Virus record (IMG/VR): IMGVR_UViG_3300029951_000012
Length of the DNA: 64,000 nt
Direction: 5' to 3' (one strand)
From: an uncultured virus (IMG/VR IMGVR_UViG_3300029951_000012)
Taxonomy: Duplodnaviria; Heunggongvirae; Uroviricota; Caudoviricetes
Shown here: piece by piece, positions 57,169-64,000 of the stretch
Position numbering within the stretch: position 1 is the first letter of the stretch
Layout of the letters: every line of letters begins with the position of its first letter
Notes under the pieces: generated by a model
What the model was told of the DNA's origin: nothing
Database searches by the model: none
The model's input: the letters and a program-made list of their open reading frames with translations, nothing else
Program-made: the position numbers and the translations under genes

Positions 57169-60100
57169 TATTTGTTCGCTCCGGTGATTTTAAGTTTTGC
57201 ATCTGCAATGAACGCTGTAAGCCGTGTCATTTTGAAGCTGTTGTCCGTCCCTTCAGTGGGAAACGAGGCAATCTTGATGGCGATTCTGTCGCCAGTGCAT
57301 TGACCGCCGCCAAACTCTCTGTCCTTGAAATAGTTCGGGGTGAGAGTACGAGTTGTGGATAACTTCCACAATCTTTGTAGGGAATCAGAATAGTAACTGC
57401 ACGTTACTTTGCCGACACCTTGCACGTAGATTCTCAGGTAGGCAAGCAAAATACGAAGCCCCTTGAGTTGCAACGCCTGCGCCTTTTCAGGATCAAGGAA
57501 AAAGTAGGTGACGTAGTAAGGTTGCACGAGTCCAAAGTCCTCATCCGTGAGAAGTGCCGGGTTCAGTGTGTAGATATTTCCGAACCCCGCCGATTCGCCG
57601 TAAGCCTGTCCATTGCCGCCCAACATCACCAACGTCAGCGCCGCTCCGTTCGATCGATACATCCGCACCGCGCCGTTCATCGGAAGGTTCCACGGCGCCC
57701 ACTTGCGCGAATTGTCTGTCGCAATCAGCTTTCCAGCAAATGACGGGTGGAACGGCGGCGAACCAGCAATCGCTGAGGCTGAGTTGAGGTTGCGATAGTT
57801 CAGCACGTAGATTTTATTCGGAGCCGTAGCAGCACCAATGGGTACGCCGAACATCAGCAGCCGCTGTACGGGGTCATTCAAACCCCAGACTGTCAGCGCC
57901 GCGTCCATGTTGATTTGGATGGCCGTATTGCTCTTGGTAGGGTCATACCAGTTTGGCTGAATCTCTTGGCTGATTTTTTCAACAGTTCCCCCGCCGAAGA
58001 TAACCGCTCCGCCTTCGGTGGGCCATGCCATCCAATCATCCCCACCCGATGAAGTAACGTCATCCGCTTGCGAGTGAGTGAGGCTGATAGCCGAGAGAAT
58101 TCCGCAATCCGCAGAGACTTCATTGACCTGCCAGCCCGAAGGCTCGGTGACGCCGCTGCCGGTGGTTTCGTGCAACCGTCCCGAAGGGGCTTGTGTGAGC
58201 AAATAGAGCGTATCGCGGAGGATGCCTATGTCCATCAGCTTAGATGGGTCATTGTTGGGGCCAAACTGCCCCGACACGCCATCGACTCCCTCTGGGTTGT
58301 TGAGATACGAGCCATATGCCAACTCATCCGTGTAGGGCGTTTCTGAGTCGATGAGCATTGTCTCGGATAGCGTGGCCTGACCGCTGAAGATTTGATAATA
58401 GAGAACCGTGTCAGGCGGTATGCTGTCTGGTGTTGGCAAGTTAAATTCTTGCTGATACCATCCGGTTTTTGTGAAATTAATTATCGCTTGCGTCTGAAAT
58501 CCAGTTACGGGGCTTGTGATGGTTGCAACAAAACTCCCCGGCGACTGCACAACAAGGTAGCACCTAAAAATATAGGTCACACCCGTTGGGTCATCGTCTA
58601 CAATCCCAATCGGAGCGCCATAGGCATCTTCATAGAATCCCTGAGATAGCCCAGCCGTTCCAAGCGCGGCGTTCATGTTCCACGCCTGACCACCAAACCT
58701 GCCTGCAACAAGAGAGCCGCCGTTACCTGTTATAGTCCAACCCAGTGGCACAGTAGGCGCTAGAGCAGAAGCGCCACCACCAAATCCCATATTGAGCAGG
58801 TTGTTGATGATGTTTCTTTGGCCCCACGTTAGCAGACGCGATTCGTAAGCGCCAAAGCCCAAAGCCCCATCGAGCTTTATCTGATTTGCCAAAGTGTTAC
58901 CGGGAATAGATATGCCGAGCGCCGCGTAGAGCGTATTGTCTGAGAAATCCAGAACAACAGAGGTCGTGGTGTTGTCGTTTACCTGCGTGGAAGTGCCGAT
59001 AATCTGGCCTTCCGTCTGTGGTGTTTGCGGAATATAAAAGAACGGCGGCAACTCACCCGGCACATTCGGTTGCGCTCCCGTAAATGCAAGGATTCTCGCC
59101 TTAACATACGAAGGCCCGATAGGAATATTCGTTACCGATAGATATTGTCCTCCGTTCGCAATAATGGTGACGGGTGGAGATGGTGCGGGAATTGCTCCCT
59201 CGTCCGTCAACCAAAGCACCTCCATCAAGTGAAGCCCCGGCGCTGCTTGTCCAAAGGGTGTCACAGTTCCTATCGCAGTCGTCGCTCCGTTCGGCCCATA
59301 CTGCCTATATATGAACTGCGTTGGAGAAATAACCCCCGTCACATAGAAAGTTCCCTCCCACGCAAAACCCACAGTGCCCGTTGTCCACCTTCCATCGGAG
59401 TAGGAAACCGCCACATAGAAAGTCGTCGGGGTCGGGGCGGATTCCACGTTGAAGTAGGTCGGTGTCGGTGTGTTGTCAGGAATCGGCCACGCAATAGTGA
59501 TATTTCCTGTGCTTCCTGTTGCGTTGATAACGTCTGGGTCAACTGCTGTGATGGGAGTTTGAATGTAGGTGATCTGGTTTGGCGAGGGAACGGTATCGAC
59601 CGTAAATGTTCCATTGAAACTAAATGCAGTTGTTCCTGTTGCGGTTGTGACTCCCGCAATCTGAACGACACTGCCCGGATTCAGGTTGTGACTCGCTGTT
59701 GTGGTGATTGTAGTTTTACCAGCCGACCACTGCGCTTCAGCAATCGTGGTAATGACACCCGGCTCGACTCCAACAATAGAAACCGATATGCCCGGAACAA
59801 GCCCATGTGGCTCTGTCGTTGTCACCAAAGCTAGACCGGGTTCCGTCTCATTGTTGATGACGATAGAGCTAACGAAGGCAACTGTACCCGTACCAGATAG
59901 TGTGTAGTAGACAGTCACCGCAAAAGGCTGACCGATGAAGACGCGCGAAGTATCTGTAACGACCGCCATAGAAAAACCGAAGGTCGGGTCGTTCACGATA
60001 GCCGGAGTCAGCGCCGCTCCCCACTGGTCGCCCGCGCTTCCATAAGTCACCGTATTGTAAGAAGTGGTGAATGGAGTTCCCGGCGTTTTAGCTGTTCCGA

Positions 60101-60998
60101 GTAGACCACTGCCATTCCAGAGAGCGGCCTGCGAGAGATAGCTTGTTGTAGCGAATTGCGAGATGAGAACCGCGCTGATGGTGACGCCAAGAATTGTCGC
60201 GGCTGAAGGAATGGTGAAACCTAGCCCCGCAACGGTCATATCGCCCAAAGCCGTGGTCACTGGCTCGAAGTGAGTGCGGAACTGAGTTCCTACATACTGC
60301 CAATCGCCACCGACATTGCCGGGGTTTCCGTTCATGCTCTGGTTTACATCTGTTGAGTTGGAGTCCGGCATGTTAGAAATCTGTGCCTGATAGCCGACGA
60401 GAAGATTGTGCGGGGTCGCGGTGTTCGCCGTAACAAGGTTCGCATTGCGCGTGAGCGTGTTGGGTGCCGGGGCCATCTGCGAAGATGCAAGCGCCAGATT
60501 TGCAACCGTGGGGGGAGCTCCGGGGCCGTCACAAGTGTACCTGCGAAGCAGAGTCCCGTCCCACTGCAAAGGAACTTCGGAACCATGCAGCCCGTCAGAA
60601 ATGGCGATATATTCGCGCCCAAACTGTGTAATTGACTTACAAGTGCTTCCCGGTGTCGAAGTGAAGAGAACCGTATACGTTCCCGGAGAATTTGTCAGGT
60701 CTTCAACGTAGAACACGCCGTTGGAATCACAATAGAGATTATTAATTGTCCCTGTGGGCGTTTTGAAACTCTTGGCGTAGACAACTGTAGGCACAAACCC
60801 ATCGACGCCACCAGCGGGGAACGGAGCGCCAAGAACGATGTCCGTACAGGGGCGTGAACCTACTCCACCCGGCTCAAACGCTACGTCGGGGCAATCCGGT
60901 GAAACATTTTCGGGGAGTGATTCCGGTGGTACTTCCGAAACCCACCCCCCGAATACGCTTAACGGAACAGGAACCGCGCCTGTCGGACTAATCGCCAT
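57168..60998 (-). CDS. Large tail nozzle-like protein, copy 2
   Basis: Identical translation to 13582-17412. Confidence 0.6.
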   Translation of the reverse strand: MAISPTGAVPVPLSVFGGWVSEVPPESLPENVSPDCPDVAFEPGGVGSRPCTDIVLGAPFPAGGVDGFVPTVVYAKSFKTPTGTINNLYCDSNGVFYVEDLTNSPGTYTVLFTSTPGSTCKSITQFGREYIAISDGLHGSEVPLQWDGTLLRRYTCDGPGAPPTVANLALASSQMAPAPNTLTRNANLVTANTATPHNLLVGYQAQISNMPDSNSTDVNQSMNGNPGNVGGDWQYVGTQFRTHFEPVTTALGDMTVAGLGFTIPSAATILGVTISAVLISQFATTSYLSQAALWNGSGLLGTAKTPGTPFTTSYNTVTYGSAGDQWGAALTPAIVNDPTFGFSMAVVTDTSRVFIGQPFAVTVYYTLSGTGTVAFVSSIVINNETEPGLALVTTTEPHGLVPGISVSIVGVEPGVITTIAEAQWSAGKTTITTTASHNLNPGSVVQIAGVTTATGTTAFSFNGTFTVDTVPSPNQITYIQTPITAVDPDVINATGSTGNITIAWPIPDNTPTPTYFNVESAPTPTTFYVAVSYSDGRWTTGTVGFAWEGTFYVTGVISPTQFIYRQYGPNGATTAIGTVTPFGQAAPGLHLMEVLWLTDEGAIPAPSPPVTIIANGGQYLSVTNIPIGPSYVKARILAFTGAQPNVPGELPPFFYIPQTPQTEGQIIGTSTQVNDNTTTSVVLDFSDNTLYAALGISIPGNTLANQIKLDGALGFGAYESRLLTWGQRNIINNLLNMGFGGGASALAPTVPLGWTITGNGGSLVAGRFGGQAWNMNAALGTAGLSQGFYEDAYGAPIGIVDDDPTGVTYIFRCYLVVQSPGSFVATITSPVTGFQTQAIINFTKTGWYQQEFNLPTPDSIPPDTVLYYQIFSGQATLSETMLIDSETPYTDELAYGSYLNNPEGVDGVSGQFGPNNDPSKLMDIGILRDTLYLLTQAPSGRLHETTGSGVTEPSGWQVNEVSADCGILSAISLTHSQADDVTSSGGDDWMAWPTEGGAVIFGGGTVEKISQEIQPNWYDPTKSNTAIQINMDAALTVWGLNDPVQRLLMFGVPIGAATAPNKIYVLNYRNLNSASAIAGSPPFHPSFAGKLIATDNSRKWAPWNLPMNGAVRMYRSNGAALTLVMLGGNGQAYGESAGFGNIYTLNPALLTDEDFGLVQPYYVTYFFLDPEKAQALQLKGLRILLAYLRIYVQGVGKVTCSYYSDSLQRLWKLSTTRTLTPNYFKDREFGGGQCTGDRIAIKIASFPTEGTDNSFKMTRLTAFIADAKLKITGANK

Positions 60999-61001
60999 GA
61001 A

Positions 61002-61553
61002 TTACTGCCCCAGAGGGAACCACGCCCGGAATTTGACCGTAGTGGTCGCGAACGCCGAACCGTAAGCACCAGCGGGGAACTGCGCCGCCGCGCCGCCCGT
61101 TCCTGTGAAGGTCGAGGTAATCGTGGGAGCCTGAACGCCAGTGATACCCGTTGCGCCGGCAATCTCAGTGAGTGCTCCGCCCGTAACATAAACGGGAGCT
61201 GCCGTGGAAGCGTTGGCGACGGTTGTGATGGTTGGTGCGGTCGATGTTGATGCGACCGTTCCCGTCCCGGCACCGGGGCGAAAAATCTGAATCTTGCCAT
61301 TCGCCTGTGTCGTCCCCTTTGCAAAAACAAACGTCGCTCCAGTAGCCGTCTGCGATGCCGCCAGAGGCTCCTCATAAAGTTCCACGCGGTTTGGAGCCGA
61401 TCGGGATTGAATCTTGTTCGTGCCAGCGAAGGACAACGTATCGCCGCCTGTCACGTAGCTGCCGGAGAAAGTAATGACACCCGAAACGAATTCCTCGCGG
61501 TCGGTCACATCGGGTACGCCTTGCAGATTGTCGAATGTTAGTGCGGTTGCCAT
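61002..61553 (-). CDS. Virion structural protein, copy 2
   Basis: Identical to 17416-17967. Confidence 0.65.
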   Translation of the reverse strand: MATALTFDNLQGVPDVTDREEFVSGVITFSGSYVTGGDTLSFAGTNKIQSRSAPNRVELYEEPLAASQTATGATFVFAKGTTQANGKIQIFRPGAGTGTVASTSTAPTITTVANASTAAPVYVTGGALTEIAGATGITGVQAPTITSTFTGTGGAAAQFPAGAYGSAFATTTVKFRAWFPLGQ

Positions 61554-61563
61554 GTTTTCTCCT

Positions 61564-62313
61564 TTAGAAAACTCCGTAAGCTCGGCGGCCAGAAAAGCTC
61601 CGCCGTGAAACTGGTCTGCGCTGCTTCATTGCTACTTCGCGGTTGAAAAGATTTCGGCACGCCTTTTCTGCTTTAGCGATGAACGAATCCTTATCAACAT
61701 CGTCGCGGCCTTCCGCTGCCTCTGCACAAAAATACCATGCCAATGGATTGAGCGCCCGCATAACAGGAACTGGCTGCGCGCCGATGACTGTGCCATCCTG
61801 ATTGGCCGCGAAGTCGGGAAGATACGCCGCATATTCCATCCTCAAATCCATCGAGTACAGCGACCCCGGCATATAGAGTGTGTCATTCTCCCAATACCAG
61901 AAAGCGTTATACGGCCCCTTACGAGCGAAGGGTAGCTGCTCTGCCGCTTGGGTCATGGGAGCCGCATCGAACTGCGATGCTGTTCCTGTTTGCCGCTCCC
62001 AGATCTTCAACGGAAGAATCATGTCCTGCGGGAGAACCGGGCTTTGCGGCGGCGTCCAGTAGCTCTGCCCATCAAAGAAGTTGCTCCATGTCAGTGCCGT
62101 CCATGATGCTGGGTCAAGATTCGCCACAACGGGAAGCGCCGTTAGAAGCAAAGGCTTCTTGAAGCGGCAACTGCCCATGTTGGCGAGATATTCCTGAAAG
62201 TTCCGCCACGCCGCAATCACCATCGTCTGCGAAAACGGCTGCTCGTCCGTGAGGATGTCACCCCCAACAGATTCGATTGCGTCCCCCATCCTCACGCGCC
62301 CAAGATTCATCAC
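61564..62313 (-). CDS. Putative adaptor, copy 2
   Basis: Identical to 17978-18727. Confidence 0.5.
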   Translation of the reverse strand: MMNLGRVRMGDAIESVGGDILTDEQPFSQTMVIAAWRNFQEYLANMGSCRFKKPLLLTALPVVANLDPASWTALTWSNFFDGQSYWTPPQSPVLPQDMILPLKIWERQTGTASQFDAAPMTQAAEQLPFARKGPYNAFWYWENDTLYMPGSLYSMDLRMEYAAYLPDFAANQDGTVIGAQPVPVMRALNPLAWYFCAEAAEGRDDVDKDSFIAKAEKACRNLFNREVAMKQRRPVSRRSFSGRRAYGVF

Positions 62314-62370
62314 GCTTTCCAGCGAGTCATAGGGCGCGGTCAGTGGCGGCGGCAGCGGCGATTGATTTTC

Positions 62371-63162
62371 CTACTTTCCTTTCGGCTGTGTTGCGGAACG
62401 AATGTTGTCCTGCTCAATCATCCAAGCTGTGTAGAGGTCGGCGTTGATGATGCCTTTGCAGCCCTTGCAGATAGCAACATCGGGGTCATTGACCTCGCCA
62501 CAACCCTTGCACTTGGTACGCCCCTGCGGAGCCGCCTGAGTCATCCACGGCGAGTCTACGGCGTTATCGCGGCCAAGAACACGAGCGGCCACAAAATGCA
62601 CCTTTGGGCGAACAATCTGCGAGAACGCCTTGCGGTCGGTCTGGTAGATGTCCGCAATCTGCCGCACTACCTGCTCACAGTAAGCCTTGAGCTTCGCGTG
62701 AGCTTCTTCCAACTCTTGCGCGGTTGGTTTCTCGCCCTCAGCCACAAACACGCCCTGATGCGTCAGTGCGTTCGACGGAGACTGCCCACGGCCAAGCCCA
62801 ATCATCGACTTGGCAAAATCTTTGCCGCGCTCCTGAAGGCGGCGGTACTCATCCTCGGACTGAGGATACAGTTCGTCCATGATGTAGCTGATGGGTGGAA
62901 CATCGTTGCCGTGGGCATCGCGCACCAAAAGCTCTACGTAGGGGGTTCCTTCTGGACACGCTGGAATCAGGAATGAGCCAGTCGAGCCAGTGTTAACCAG
63001 CATCGGCCACGGCCCCACGTTGAAGACGTGAACCTTCTTCTTCTTTAACTCCTCAATCTCAGGCAGAACAGGCGGAATAGCACGGCCACGCGCCACAGCC
63101 AACTTGCGCTCGATATGTTCGTCTGCGATGGTTCTCATTCCTGAATGATTAGCGACTGGCAT
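62371..63162 (-). CDS. Zn-ribbon hypothetical protein, copy 2
   Basis: Identical to 18785-19576. Confidence 0.7.
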   Translation of the reverse strand: MPVANHSGMRTIADEHIERKLAVARGRAIPPVLPEIEELKKKKVHVFNVGPWPMLVNTGSTGSFLIPACPEGTPYVELLVRDAHGNDVPPISYIMDELYPQSEDEYRRLQERGKDFAKSMIGLGRGQSPSNALTHQGVFVAEGEKPTAQELEEAHAKLKAYCEQVVRQIADIYQTDRKAFSQIVRPKVHFVAARVLGRDNAVDSPWMTQAAPQGRTKCKGCGEVNDPDVAICKGCKGIINADLYTAWMIEQDNIRSATQPKGK

Positions 63163-63835
63163 AGTGAAGTTTCTCCGGGCGAATCTGTGTTGCGCCACGA
63201 ATCGGCAAACCAAGTTCATTCGCCGTCTTCGGGGTTGGTGCTGATTTTGTTGCTTTGGGCCGTCCGCCAATGTTCGCAGCGCGAATCCCAGCGACGGGCA
63301 TTAAATCCTTGATTTTGTCGAAGCGTTTCTGCTGCTGGTCTTTCTCTTCAGCCTCACGTGTTGCGCGGATGGCTCTCGCGTTGGCAATCGGGTCATTCGT
63401 CTTGGCCTTCTTTACCAGAGCGATGATGGTGTCGATTCCACCGTCTCCCGGTTGCGAGAACTCAAACGTGTGGCACTGAAAATAGACACCACGCGAAGGA
63501 TAAGGGCCAGTCAAAAGCAATCCATTGTAAGGGTCGCGGAATTTGAGGTTGTACTCCTCCTCGGTCATCAGCGTATGGTCAAACGCCGAAATCCACTTCT
63601 CCATAATCCATTTGCTGCCGATGTGCCGATAAGCCGGACGCGCTCGATAGCCAATGAATCCATCTGCAAACTCACCCCCGCAAAGCATTTGCACGGAAGG
63701 CGCAAACACGATGCGGAAGAGAGGTTCGTCGTAGGGATTGGAGCCTCCGACCCGTTTCATCGTTTCAGGGGTAGGGTATCCGAGCCAGTGTGTCGGCTCA
63801 GATACCACCCCATCGACTTGAATCAGGCTACTCAA
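63149..63835 (-). CDS. Hypothetical protein, copy 2
   Basis: TTG start aligns with the GTG at 20249. Confidence 0.7.
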   Translation of the reverse strand: MSSLIQVDGVVSEPTHWLGYPTPETMKRVGGSNPYDEPLFRIVFAPSVQMLCGGEFADGFIGYRARPAYRHIGSKWIMEKWISAFDHTLMTEEEYNLKFRDPYNGLLLTGPYPSRGVYFQCHTFEFSQPGDGGIDTIIALVKKAKTNDPIANARAIRATREAEEKDQQQKRFDKIKDLMPVAGIRAANIGGRPKATKSAPTPKTANELGLPIRGATQIRPEKLHYASR

Positions 63836-63839
63836 AGGC

Positions 63840-64000
63840 TTAACTCTGCCCCAGAATTCCGCTCGGAATTGCAATTCCAGAAGCGAAGGCGTTCTCACGA
63901 GTCTGCACCATTCCGAGCTGCATTTCCGTGACCATATAGAAAACGACTGCCGATGCCTGACCGCCGCTTGCGCCAATCACGCCGAACAGAGTCTGACCTG
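63840..64000 (-). CDS. 3' end of a second, divergent major capsid gene (partial)
   Basis: FYMVTEMQLGMVQTRENAFASGIAIPSGILGQS* vs FYMISELNLGMVQTRENAFASGIAIPSGILGQA*. Confidence 0.85.
   Translation of the reverse strand, partial: GQTLFGVIGASGGQASAVVFYMVTEMQLGMVQTRENAFASGIAIPSGILGQS

Larger units (their letters stand above)
57074..63760. repeat. 6,687-bp direct repeat, copy 2
   Basis: Offset 43,586 bp from copy 1. Confidence 0.92.

Noticed and set aside
63836..63976. N-terminal extension of ORF 63149-63976
   Set aside because: Overlaps the real capsid 3' end in another frame; the true start is the TTG at 63835

Overview
Almost the whole window is DNA of a podovirus-like (P22/T7-style gene order, no tape measure) tailed phage. 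Virion and lysis genes are on the minus strand: lysis cassette, tailspike, ejection proteins, nozzle, adaptor, capsid, scaffold, portal, terL and terS (2.5-31.3 kb). A divergent early region follows: Cro-like and J-domain genes leftward; ParB-like, pentapeptide, ERF, YqaJ, KTSC, SF2 helicase, VRR-NUC and HNH genes rightward (32.3-46.2 kb). A second lysis-tail-head module then follows without any break (46.3-64 kb). The two modules share an apparently identical 6,687-bp tract (13488-20174 = 57074-63760, offset 43,586 bp) but have non-homologous endolysins (GH73 vs GH108), tailspike bodies (SGNH esterase vs pectin-lyase beta-helix) and ejection proteins. The layout fits a complete 43,586-bp circular phage genome with no recognisable integrase, cointegrated (or mis-assembled) into a related prophage through the shared tract. 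Highlights: (1) tailspike/fibre proteins with Sec-type signal peptides and paired cysteines; (2) a roughly 290-nt highly base-paired non-coding element where a replication initiator would be expected; (3) at 587-2521 a transposase-less element with perfect 21-bp IS1-like terminal inverted repeats carrying an HTH gene, a candidate small RNA and a toxin-antitoxin-like pair. All family calls come from motif recognition by eye; no searches were run.
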